From contig NW_004797344.1 of assembly GCF_000002075.1 (NCBI RefSeq), forward strand, positions 1 through 64,000: 64,000 bases of DNA, given 5' to 3'. Shown in pieces: positions 51,274 to 63,137 of the stretch. Position numbers and translations under genes: made by a program. Origin of the DNA: Aplysia californica. Taxonomy: Eukaryota. The notes under the pieces are model-generated. The model was not told the DNA's origin. It saw only the letters and a list, made by a program, of their open reading frames with translations, and made no database searches. The first letter of the stretch is position 1. Every line of letters begins with the position of its first letter.

Positions 51274-53942
51274 ATAGCTTGTACTCATTAAAATAGACTA
51301 TAAATGGTGAAAACCACTTTAGATACTCTATCGTTGAGTCCAAGTGTTGATAACAAGCATTAAAAATCATGTTATTAAGCTTTCAAAGCTTGTATATATA
51401 GATCCTTTTTATCCATGCTTCTCGGGGGAATCTTTGTTCAAGCATGGACAGGGTGAGGGACTTCTTGCATAATTATACACACATCGATTCCTAATCCTAT
51501 GCAAAGAAACAAATGTGATAATAATTGGAAGTGACAGGATGTCAAAATACTGTCCGAATCTATGAGAAAAAAAAAAATGTGAACGAACATGTAAATAAAT
51601 CTGGCGTCACTTTCGCACCCAGTCAGGGCCTCAAATATAGGCGAACAAGCTGAAACAGTACATTCCTGGGGTCATCCAATCACAGGGGGCTTCCTGTAGC
51701 AAGTTTCGGTTTACCTTTGGGGGCAAGGCAGATAGAAGATATAAAGCTTTAAAGTTGACACACCTATTTTCGTCCAAATTTTGACCAAATGGTAATATAT
51801 TACTCTAAGTCTAGAGGCTACTGAGAACCCTTCGAAATTGAGAGGATTGCTCGTTTCCACCCCAGTTGTACAAGAAAGTTGACAGGATGCCCGCCATTCT
51901 TTCGATATCCTACAGTTGGTAAGATTGTACTTTACCGGACCACCGGTCGGAACTACTTTCGCTATGGCGCCCTTGGGGTCTAGTGGCCTGCTATTCTTCC
52001 TTTCCAAGCTCCCCTACTCACCCTGCTACTCAGTTTTCTACTTCCTCATCCTTCGACTGCCAGCAACCAACCGATGTCTCTTACCGGATTTTTCAGTCAT
52101 CACGACCATGCCACGTGCCCTTTGACCCACGACCCTGACACCTAGAGGCTAATTGGTCAATCTAATAACGTGGTCCACTATTCTTATTTGCTCGCGACCC
52201 TGCGAGGCTAGGCCTACTCCTGATCCGGTAAAGTACAAAGGAGGGCGAGAGATGCGCACGAGAGCTCATTTGCATAATTGCAACCCCCTCTGCCCTGCTC
52301 TTTACTTGGCGAGTGCTGCAAAGCAAGGCTCGGCCTGTTCCAACTCTAATTTTAATTAGTTCTACCCCGATCGTCCACTTACACATGGTCCGCTCATATT
52401 ATTGTTTATGTGTGTTTTTTAACATAATTATTATTGTTGCCAGGGGGCTAGCCCCTCAGAAACCCCCCAGTTGTTATATTGATATGTCCAATTGACCGCT
52501 CATGTTATCGTTTTATGGCATGTGTGTCCCCTGAAGCCCCCCCCCCCCCCCCCCCCCAACCCTCTCTCTCTCCCTCTCTCTTTCTGTCTGTCTATCCCCT
52601 TTCTCTTTCCTTCTCTCTCTGTTTTTCTCCCCCCCCCCTCTCTTTATTTTCTCTGTCTGTCTGTCTGCCAGTCCCCCCCCCCCCTTCCCTCTTTCTCACT
52701 CTCTTTTTCTCTCTCCCCCCCCCCCCACAACCTTCTCTCCCCTTCTCTCTCTCCCCCCCCAACCTTCTCTCTCTCTCTCTCTCTCTCTCGTGTGCGTGTG
52801 CGTATTATGTCTTTGGCCCAGAACGAGATATTCATTCTTTCATTCAAACTATTTGCAAGCGTATTTCATATCAAGTATGCATTTTTATACAGTAAAGAGA
52901 TAAGGAAAGTTGATAGCACGGTTATCTTTTAAAAAATATTTCTTGCAACTACGAGACAAGAACTGAAAACGAAAGCTCTCAATATTATTGCCAGGTCTCG
53001 TTATCTGAGAAACTCATTATTGGTCAATGTTCCCTTTACTCAACTTTACTGTCTTATTTTGTTCTGCACTAAAACTGCGCTTGTGTTTATATATACAGAC
53101 AGACAGACAGACAGACAGACAGAGAGATTTTAGATCAGTTCCTACACTCAATTCATTCTTTTGTTTCAGCCTCATAATCGTCTCTTTCAATGACATTTGC
53201 TGATGCTGATGCTAGCGTCTAATCAACGAGATGAGAGTGCTATTTCGGCACTACCCCAGTCTCAACAGTTATCGAGCTCAGAAAATGTTTTTTGAACACC
53301 TTTTCAAAATACTTTGATGCCCTAGACTCAATTTCTCAAGATTACCCCAGCCTACTGCAATGGCATCCACATTCTTCAGCTCATCACACGACAGTTCGAA
53401 CATTGATAGGCACTAGTGGTGTAGGCATAGTGATGGAAAATATCGTGAGAGTGATAATAGTGAAGAGGAACCTTTAGATGAGGATGAACTTGCTCCTCAC
53501 CCCATTGCCAAAAAGAAAATTTCACCAATGAAGAAAGATAAAGAAGTAGATCTAGGTGACAATGACGGGTATGCGTTTTTTATTCAGCCTTTGAGAACCC
53601 ACCATCAAATAAAGTTTCAGCAAAACCACGTATTGCAACATTTAAAACCATTTATAATAACCTAATGATAGATTTTTTAGAAATGTGTGCATTTTCTAGA
53701 TCTAATCTAGATCTTATATATGACATTCCAACATGGCAGGCGTTACCTTAGCAACACAAAAGAATTTTCAAAATTTTACTTCATGACTTAATTATCCACT
53801 CTTTTTATATTGATGCTAACCAATAATGCTACCACATTTGTAAGCTTAGTTTCTTGTTCTTAACGAATTTCAAAATTTCCCCCTCATCATGCCTTAAACC
53901 GGCAGTGGACGCTCCGTCTAGTTTAGTCTAAACTAAGCTTGA

Positions 53943-54192
53943 GTGCCGTGAACGTAGCCTCAACAGAGCCTGCAAACTGCATTCAGGGCGCCGTGAACGT
54001 AGCCTGCCAACTAGAATCTACATTCACGGCGCCGTGAACCTAGCCTGCAGATTACGTTCACGGCGCCGTGAACGTAGCCACTGCGTTTCTTATTTTCCTT
54101 TTGGCGCCGTGAACGTAGCCTGCCAGTGCCAACTAGAATCTACATTCACGGCGCCGTGAACCTAGCCTGCATTCCGTGAACGTAGCCACTAC
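53943..54192. repeat. Tandem array of (CG)GCGCCGTGAACGTAGCC with palindromic TTCACGGCGCCGTGAA cores
   Basis: About 7 units with a higher-order duplication. Confidence 0.85.
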
Positions 54193-54303
54193 TCAAGTCT
54201 ACTGCGTTTCTTATTTTCCTTTTCGGGCTTTGATTTAGATCTAGGCATCGGGAGCTCAGCTAAAAACTTGAGGGGGCTGTCTATACCGCATCAAATTTCT
54301 TAC

Positions 54304-54400
54304 CAACTTTCTTGGCATAAGTTCTGGCTACTGTAAATTTGCTGAACGTCATATTATTAGAAAGTCCCCGTAAGGCAAGACTTCTAAAGGACGCCGCCAT
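54304..54400 (-). CDS. MRPL54: MRPL54 exon 1 (mitochondrial presequence)
   Basis: MAASFRSLALRGLSNNMTFSKFTVARTYAKKV|GTAAG. Arg/Ser-rich with no acidic residues and an R-x-Y-A cleavage-type motif. Total 411 nt = 136 aa. Confidence 0.88.
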
Positions 54401-55599
54401 GTTGTTTTTCAATACTACTCCAAAACAAGAATTCTCTAGGTCTATTTGCCTTGCTAAGAAAACAAAATAAGTAATTTTTTTTAACAGTCTTTCTGACTTT
54501 TCTGTAATGTGTTTTGCTGCTTCATACATATGACTACTATGATATTAAAAATTTGAAAAGCTTAAATACCTTAAACAACTGTAATTTTCACCCACAGAGG
54601 CATCGCCGTTCATTTAGTTCGAAACTAAATATTTTGCTAGATTCCAGATGGCACACGAAAAGTAGCACCGACAAGAAAAAACGAATAGAACGTTTTCCAA
54701 ATGTCACTGAATCAACCGGACACAGAATTTTAGCCTTGTGATCGTGAATGGGTTTTGTAATCTTGACGTCTTTATATCTGTATTCCTTTATATAATTTAC
54801 ATATTGCAATTTCGAAGCCTTCCCGTACACTCATGTGTCTCAGTTATGCAAAACTAAAAGGTGATCCACGACATTATAATGAAATGAATGGTGGTGTAGC
54901 TGGTTTGGCCTCGTTTGTATTGTTGTTGAGTTCGGTCCGTTTTGGGGTGCTGACACAAACTCAAAATCCACATTACAGATTAGAATTTAGAATCTAGATT
55001 TCTAGATCTAGTTTTAGTCTATTTCCTATGATTTGTTGTGTATAGGCAGGTGGGGGTGGGCGGGCATAGTTTTACTGTTGTGATACTGCATGTCATGTCG
55101 TAAGAGACGACTAAACTAAAGAAAGGCGGGCACTTTTTCGGCAGTTCCCACCCCGCAGTTCTTATTCACCGGTTTTGGCCCCAAGAGTAGGCGGTTTGCC
55201 CCCTTTCCCCAATAAAAATATGGTGGAGGGGGGGGGGGGTTCAGGGGGCATGCCCCCCTGAATTTTGCCATAATCTTTGCAGTTGTTCGGTTTGATATCT
55301 TAGCTCGCCGCACATCAAATGATAGATCTAGGCTCAATACTCAAATAAGGGGGGTGGGAACTACCGAAAAAGCACTGACTTAAACAGGCCTTCAAAAGGT
55401 GGGTTTGAACAGTTTGATCTCCCGAAAAAGCCAGATTGCAGAGGGCCAACTACCCAACCCAGTAAAAACAGTCAGTTACAGAAAAACACAGCATTTATTT
55501 TACGATCTTGGGAGATGATGGAGGAGCTTCTGCATTCATAGGAACAGTGAAGGAAAGCGGACAGAGCCTAAAGGACTCTCCTTACCTGAAATCTTCTCG

Positions 55600-57680
55600 T
55601 GTTGAACAAGTCTCTCCGGATTACGTTGTGGGATTTTCACACCATGTATGAAGCAGGAAAAAGTTCTCAAGTATCACAAGAGATGAAGAGATACAGGCTG
55701 CACATACTAGGAGTCAGCGAAACACTGGATACAGTCTGGACAGAAGCAGCTCAGCTCGGGGGAACTAATTATATATAATTGTATTCTGGGAGGGAAGACA
55801 CCATGCGGAAGGGGTGGGAATCGTTTTGAGTAAGTATGCACAGAAGTTACTTAGAGGATGGGAACCACACAGGGAGAGGATCATAATGGCTTCATTCACT
55901 ACAAAGAACAGGAGCCTCAACATGAATATATAGTCCAGATCTAAGCCCCAACAAATGATACTTCGGATGAAGACAAAGATGCTTTTTACAGCCAGTTCCA
56001 GGGGTCATTGACAAACTACCAAGGAAGGATGTTAACATCATAATGGGAGATGCCAATGCCAAGGTTGGTCAGGACAACATAGGTTATGAGTGAATTATGG
56101 GACAAATGAATGCGAATGGTGAGCGATTTGCAAATCTGTGCTTTCAACAGTTTTGTTATTGAAGGCTGTTTTTCCCCACAAGAGGATTCACAAGGCTACT
56201 TGGGATTCGCCAGATGGAGTGACAGAGAACCAGTTAGATCATTTTTGTATCTCTCGTAGGTTCAGGCGTTCTCCGGAAGATGTCATAGTAGTTCAGAGAG
56301 AGGCAGACATAGGATCGGATAATCCTCTGCTGTTGGCAAAACTCAAGCTTTGACTCAAAAGCAGCACTGGAACCAAAAGAACGAAGTTCCAAATAAGTCT
56401 CTTGGACGGACACAAGAAAGAGGAGTTTCAGCGGCAGCTGAGGTACAGATTTCAGCCTCTAGCCGATCTAAGTGGAGAGGACATGGAGGTGGAGATATGC
56501 TGAACCAAGGTCAAAGAGGTCTTTACATCAACATGTCAAGAAGTAGGCCTACTTGGTGCGAAGAAATGGGAGCTCAAGGAATGGGTTAGCCAACACTCAT
56601 TGGATTTAATTAGGTTTAGAAGACAACTGAAGGCAGAAGGGAATGCAAATAGAAGAAAAGGATCACATTGAAGAAGTACATGTCAAGAAATCACTAAGAA
56701 ACAACAAGGGGGAATTCATGAACAGGCTGGTAGAGACAGCAGCGGTAGGAGGGCACATGCGAATCCTTTACTAGACCACAAAGACTCTTGCTGTAAAATA
56801 TGGGAAACCTGAAGTACCGGAAAAGGACCAAGAGGAGAAAACTATTTTTGGAAAGGAAGCTCTGTCAAAACGATGGGCAGAGCATTTCAACAGTCTCCTG
56901 AACGGACCACCACCGAGTAACCCACAAAACATCTTTCCAGCAAGAAATGAGTTATCAATCTGCTGTGACGGTCCTTCAAAACAAGAGATTCTGGATGCCA
57001 TTAAGAAGCTGAACAAAGGTAAAGCGGCCGGTCGTGTTCAGATTCGACCAGAGGCCCTAAAAGCAGATGTCAATGTGACGGTAGACCTCCTCCCATTGTT
57101 TACCAGGATCTGGAATGAGAGCAAGTTCCGGAAGGATTGGAAAGAAGGACACCTCGTGAAGCTTCCAAAAAGGGAGATCTCTGCAACTGCAGCAAGTACA
57201 GAGGGATCACTCTTCTCCCAATACCAGGTAAGGTCTTCAACAGAATCATTCTGGAGAGAATCAAGACTGCAACAGATTCAAGACCACTGGATAAACAGGT
57301 TGGTTTCCGGAAAAACCGCTCATCACCGACCAGATTGTCGCGCTGAGGATCATTGTGGAACAGTCCCTGGAGTGGTCTCAGTTGATCGTCAGTTTTCATG
57401 ACTATGAGAAGGCCTTTGACAGTACAGACTGAGCAACGCTATGGAGGATAATGAGACATCACGGAATCCCACAGAAGTTGGCGAACGTCATCATGAGCAT
57501 GTACGAAGGGACAAGTTGCAGGGTTGTACATGATGGCCAGCTCACTGACAGGTGTGAGACAGTGTCGTTTACTATCACCTTTTCTCTTCATTTTGGCAGT
57601 CGATTGGCTGATGAAGGAAACCACCAGAGGACACAGAAATGGCATACAGTGGACCCCATTGACACACTTGGACGATTTGG
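55600..57680 (+). mobile_element. Decayed RTE LINE (APE endonuclease plus 5' part of RT)
   Basis: TMYEAGK..EMKRYRLHILGVSE, MGDANAKVG, HKATWDSPDGVTENQLDH, GSD, WKEGHLVKLPK, DYEKAFDS. Many frameshifts and stops. Confidence 0.92.
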
Positions 57681-58399
57681 GTTAGAAAATCTTATCCCGT
57701 TTAGATGGGCGGGGCACTTGACATTGATGTGGTCTGAGGACCAAACACATGGGTTCGCAAAATATTTTTTTGCCCAGACAGGAATGGATAACTCGATCTT
57801 GTCAGGGATTGCTCCTATCATCTATGTCATGATGATTTTACCAACGCTGGTCAGAGCATGCTACCAAACCGTCTTGTGTAATCCAAGTAATCATATAAAT
57901 TAAATGATCACTTCTCAATCCCTTCGTTCAACTTCCATGTTCAAACTACCACAGTCACACATACACACACATGCACACAAACATAATTCACATACTTTAT
58001 GATCCAATGTATTGCTACACCCTCACATGGCTAGATTCGAGGAAGTTTTAGTGCCTTATATCTATGCACACTAACCTACACAGGTAGTGTAATGGCGTGT
58101 CTGGATACCAGCAGTGATGTGTCATGCAAAGTGAGAAGTTCCTTGGTGGCCTCGTTACAACCTGATACTGTCCATGACGATGGGTGTATTGACTACTATG
58201 GTGGGCAGAAGGCGATTTGATTTTGAATTTGAGACAGCTGAAGAGCAATCTTGACAAATGCTTTTATACTTATTGGGTTTTTAAGAAAACGTTGTTGCCA
58301 TTGATACAAAGAAAATATAGCGATTTCAGAGAATGGCTTATTGTACGGGCTATCAGTGATTTTGAGTATTTGTGTTATAATCTGTGCTTGTCTGTACGT

Positions 58400-58990
58400 C
58401 TCTCTTCTTCCTCTCTCTTTCTCTTGGCGTCATAAACGGTCAGCGATGCCGACAGCACGCAGGAACTCAACCAGAGCACTGGCATGATAGTTGGCGGGAC
58501 ATTTCAGGAACACATGGTCCATAGTCTCGTCCTCCTTGCAGGCTCGACAGGACGGATCTGGGTAGTTCGTTGGTGCAATTTTGCGGAGATATGATCTCAG
58601 CTTGGGGGATTTTCCACAAGTTCTCATTTGAGAGAGAAGCTGGTGGTCCTGTCGTCTGAGTGAGGCCTCAAGCTGGTATGATTGCGGCTGGGCGAACGGC
58701 AGTTTGGGTTTCGCCTCTCTTTTCACTTTGCACAGGTCCACCGGTGGATGATGGCATGGGTTTTAGCTGTTGAGAAATCGATTGGCATGTCAGTCTGGGT
58801 AAGCACTGCTGCTTCTTTAACCATGCTGTCAACTTCCTCGTTCCCAGTTAGTCGAGTGTGGTCTGGAGTCCACTGTAAGTTAAGTGGATGGAACATTCGG
58901 AGTGTTGGCAGAGGGTGTGCAGACGCTTCCAGATTGAGCTTGTGTAGTGAATCAAGCATGCCTTGTAGCTGGAGCAATACCGGCCCGCGG
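58400..58990 (-). mobile_element. 3' fragment of an RNase H-bearing LINE (I/Ingi/Nimb/Loa group)
   Basis: QWTPDHTRLTGNEEVDSMVK (RNase H) and CRACKEDETMDHVFLKCP (zinc knuckle), with a GAAGAG-type tail. Confidence 0.8.
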
Positions 58991-59275
58991 GTACACGGTG
59001 GTCAAGTTCAGTATGTGGAAGTGGAAGGCGAACATTTGGTGCTCCTTAATTTAAAAAAGATTATAAAAAGATGCTTTGAAAGATGGCATTGATGTGGATG
59101 AGCCATAGTGACAAGGCCCTGTGACACTGTGTACTGAACTCAGTCTTGACATGCACGTGTGCAGTAATCTTTTTATTGTAAAAGATCAAATTCAAGGGAA
59201 AGGCAACTTTCAAACAGCTTTATGGTTTGTGAAATGGTTAGATTGCTGATTAATTATATGTGATTAGGGACATAA

Positions 59276-61221
59276 CCAGGAATGAATGGATTTCACAAAA
59301 CTCTCTTGACAAAGTCAAAAGAAGAAGAGAGCTGAAGGCCCAAGTCAACAACAGCCGTACCCGAACTGAGAAACTCGCTGCACAACAAGAGTACACCGAA
59401 GTAAACCGGGAGGTAAAGAATTCCATCAAGAAGGACAAGAATACCTACCTGAATGGCCTGGCCGAAAAGGCTGAGAAAGCAGCAACAGACGGGCACTTAC
59501 GGATTGTACACCAGACTACAAGAACTCTTTCAGGTAGGTTCAGCAAGCCCACTCTACCAGTGAAAGACAAAGAGGGAAAGACTATCTTCAACCCAGAGGG
59601 GCAACTTAACCGATGGAGAGAACACTTTGATCAACTATTGAACAGACCACCTCCAGAAAACCAACCAGAAATTCTTCCAGCCAGAAATGACCTCCCAATA
59701 GTCATGGAACCACCTTCAAGAGAGGAAATTGCAGCCGCTATAAAAACACTGAAGTCCCACAAGGCAGCTGGTCCCGACCATATACCACCGGAAGCCCTTA
59801 AAGCAGAGAAAGATAGGTTTGTGGAAATTCTCTATACTCTGTTTGAAAAGGTTTGGCAAAAGGAGGAAATACCATCAGACTGGAAGGAAGGACACCTAAT
59901 CAAGCTGCCAAAGAAAGGAGATCTCAGCAATTGTAACAACTACAGAGGCATTACACTCCTGTCATACCTGGGAAAGTCTTCAACAGGATACTCCTGGAGA
60001 GAATCAAGCTGGCAACAGATGAGAAGCTTCGAGGAAACCAGGCAGGATTTCGCAAAAACCGATCATGTGTGGACCAGATCGCTACTCTGCGTATCATTGT
60101 TGAGCAATCGCTTGAATGGAACTCTCCACTCGTGGTCAACTTCATTGACTATGAAAAGGCGTTTGACAGCGTGAACAGGGAAACTCTGGAAACTCATGCG
60201 GCATTTTGGAATACCTGAGAAAATCGTCAAGCTTGTGAAGGCCACCTACGATGGAACAAACTGCCAAGTCTTCCACGAAGGACAACTCTCAGAACCATTC
60301 CAGGTACAGACAGGAGTGCGACAAGGATGCTTGCTCTCAACTTTCCTCTTCATACTGGCAATTGACTGGGTCATGAAAGAAGCCACCAGAGGCAAATGTA
60401 ATGGAATACAATGGATCCCTTGGCAGCAGCTGGACGACTTAGACTTCGCCGATGACCTTGCGCTGCTCTCTCACACACATGCTCAGATGCAAGAAAAGAC
60501 CAAGGAACTCAACAGGCTATCAAGGAGTGTTGGCCTACGTATACGCCCAGGCAAGTCAAAAGTAGTGAAGCTAGGAAAAGTTTCAAGCCCTTCTGTGACA
60601 GTGGAAGACACTCCCCTGGAAGAAGTGGACTCCTTTACCTACCTTGGAAGTGTCATCGATGGTAAAGGTGGAACCGAGGCAGACGTTAAAGCAAGAACCG
60701 CCAAGGCAAGGTCAGCCTTCAAGCAATTTTCAAAAATCTGGAAAGCAAGCAACATCTCGCTGCGCACCAAGATTCGACTCTTTAACTCCAACGTCAAGTC
60801 TGTGCTCCTCTACGGCTGCGAAACTTGGAAGACAAAGAAAACAGTACTGAATAAAGTCCAGACTTTCATCAACAGATGTATGAGGAGTATTCTAAGAATT
60901 AAGTGGCAGGATAGAATAAGAAATGAAGAACTGTGGGAAAGGACAGGACAAAAGGATATAGAAGTAGAAATAGGACTAAGAAAGTGGCGATGGATGGGAC
61001 ACACCTTAAGAAAGCCCAGCGGAAACATCACAAGACAGTCACTGCAGTCACAACGAGCACGAGGCAGGGGTAGGCCACGAGAAACATGGAGGAGATGCGT
61101 GGAAAGGGACATGAGAGAAATGAAGCTCACTTGGAACGAGCTTGGAAGGATGGCTCAGGACAGATAAATGGAAGGAGCTTGTATGTGGCCTATACCCTGC
61201 CAGGGGTGAAAGGCATTGATG
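59276..61221 (+). mobile_element. 5'-truncated, comparatively young RTE LINE
   Basis: RT motifs NYRGITLL, QAGFR, DYEKAFDS, GVRQGCLLS, LDFADDL, FTYLGS. Frameshifts at ~59965 and ~60186. 10-bp TSD AGGGACATAA at 59266-59275 and 61222-61231. Confidence 0.95.
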
Positions 61222-61633
61222 AGGGACATAATGGAACAGTTCCATGGTTTGTAATGAAAAGTAAAGTAGGTTTTTTCATGGTCTTTGGACCTTTAGATTA
61301 ATTGCGAGAATGCATTTAGAACTATGCACTGCATAACTGATAGTTGTCTTTTTACTTTAAATTTTAGGTGCTTTTCCATTCAATTCAGCAATTAATTATA
61401 ATGCTAATTTGTTTAACATGCCTTTCTTTTCTTGAGAATCAAGTTCTTGATTTACAGTATGAGATTCTGCATCTGTATTCACTAAAAATTGTTTTTATAT
61501 ATACATACTTCTTTCTGTTTCTTTCTGTATTCATGATATGTAAAGTAAAATGTGATGTATTCAAATTTAAATGTGGAGCATGTTTCTGCTTTTCAGATTG
61601 CTTGCTGTAGATTTACATTTTTAGGACACTACA

Positions 61634-62209
61634 ATGGCTGATGGAGGAGACTCAGACAATAATGAGAGGCCCAATTCTGGATTGCCTCGTCCTCAGAGTG
61701 TGGGTAATCAGTGGACTGGTTCCTCAGCCTTACAAAGGGCAGCCCTCGATGATCAGGTCATGGCCTCGCCATCATCAGCTGGTGCACCTCGCTCATCATT
61801 CTCTTTAATTTCATCTCCATTTGCACGTGGTGTTCGGGAGGCTGATCCTAGCTCATCTCACTTCATTTCTCCGAGCAAAGAAGGGGAAATACCCATGGAA
61901 TGTTCTCCAATGAGTGTGAAAAAGTCCAGCTCTGCAACGGTAGATACCGGTGCGAGTCCTGTTTTACCTACCACACCTTTGTCATCCAAGGCTTCGGAAA
62001 GTCAGGGGCCAAGTGTTGAGGCACATTCTCCGGAGCCACAAAAATCCGGCACGCATTTGTTGTTCTCCTCTGATGACAGTGACGAGGGCTACAGCTTGAA
62101 GCCTGCAGACATCTTTGCTGGGAGTCCAGACTCGCCAGACACCAGCCCGGTGTTGAAGACTATAAATCTGAACAGTTTTGACACAGAGGATGATGGAAAT
62201 GACCCTGGG
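61634..62209 (+). CDS. CDC25: CDC25-family (M-phase inducer phosphatase) first recognisable coding exon
   Basis: Acceptor 9 nt upstream of the ATG (exon starts 61625). S/P-rich with many SP/TP sites and DSDEGYS / DDG motifs. Donor GGG|GTAATG, phase 0. Identity is inferred from the downstream exons. Confidence 0.65.
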
Positions 62210-62488
62210 GTAATGATGCTTTCTGTTTTCAAAATTTGCCTCTTCTTCTTTTGTTCTTATTTTGTGACTGTTTTGTAAAATTTACTAATTTGTTTAAATT
62301 GGCTAGGTATATCAATCAATTATGTTCTCTAATGATTTTTAGATTATTTATTATTTTTTACTGATATTTTTTGTCTTTTCTCAGCCATTTATATTGATTT
62401 TGAATTTCAGTTTAGCTGAAATTTTTCAACATTGGACCAGAATAAGGATTGAAAAGATTGTTTTGACGTTATTCAATTTGGATAAATA

Positions 62489-62923
62489 CAGTCAAACCCC
62501 GTTTTACATTCGGTACTTATCAGCTATGCAATGATAATCTCTTCTGCAAGCTAGTACTTGTCGCTGATTTGCCCTGTCCCCTCCTTCCTTCCTTATCACC
62601 CTTGTCTTGTAAAGATATCAGAGTGGGTGGTTGGCGTATGCTGTGGTGTGGTTTGCTTCTTCTTTCCTATCAAACATCTATTGTCCTTATCTCCCCTTCT
62701 TTTTATGTTTGTTACTCTCTTGTAACACCTCATCTTCTGGCGCTCGTATGACCTCATGTAGTTGCGAGCGCCCGTAAAACCTCTACTAAAACTAAAAATG
62801 ATATCAGGCAAAATGCGTTCGACAAGTAGCCTCTGAGTAGCCTCTGATTGGGCAGCAATTTTCAGTTTCAATTTATGGGCAATGAGACAGTTTCAATGTG
62901 GGCAGTATAGCGCGGTTTGACTG
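62489..62923. mobile_element. TA-flanked MITE containing a nested retroposon tail (62622-62790)
   Basis: TA|CAGTCAAACC..GGTTTGACTG|TA. Confidence 0.7.
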
Positions 62924-62975
62924 TAATAAAGCTATGTTGTTTTAACTGTTTTTCACTCTCTTTTTTTTTTTCAAG

Positions 62976-63137
62976 GATTTTTTGAGCAGACAGACCGATC
63001 AAAGTTTCAGAAGATGTCGATCTCAGGAGATCCGCAAAAATTATAACGACTTGTCCAACACACCGCCCAATTCTTTCTCCAGTAGTGGTAGCAGGAGGAG
63101 TTTGTTCAAAAGACCTTTGGACGTGCCAGTTAAAGAG
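62976..63137 (+). CDS. CDC25: CDC25-family exon (missed by the ORF track)
   Basis: Long poly-T acceptor. DFLSRQTDQSFRRCRSQEI..RRSLFKRPLDVPVKE|GTCAGT, 162 nt, phase 0-0. RxxS and FKRP motifs are typical of the CDC25 N-terminus. Confidence 0.7.

Noticed and set aside
52261-52280. Octamer ATTTGCAT suggesting an snRNA gene
   Set aside because: No recognisable snRNA sequence or Sm site nearby
51072-54192. Repeat-spacer-like arrays as CRISPR
   Set aside because: Eukaryotic context, the spacers are themselves repetitive, and there are no cas genes
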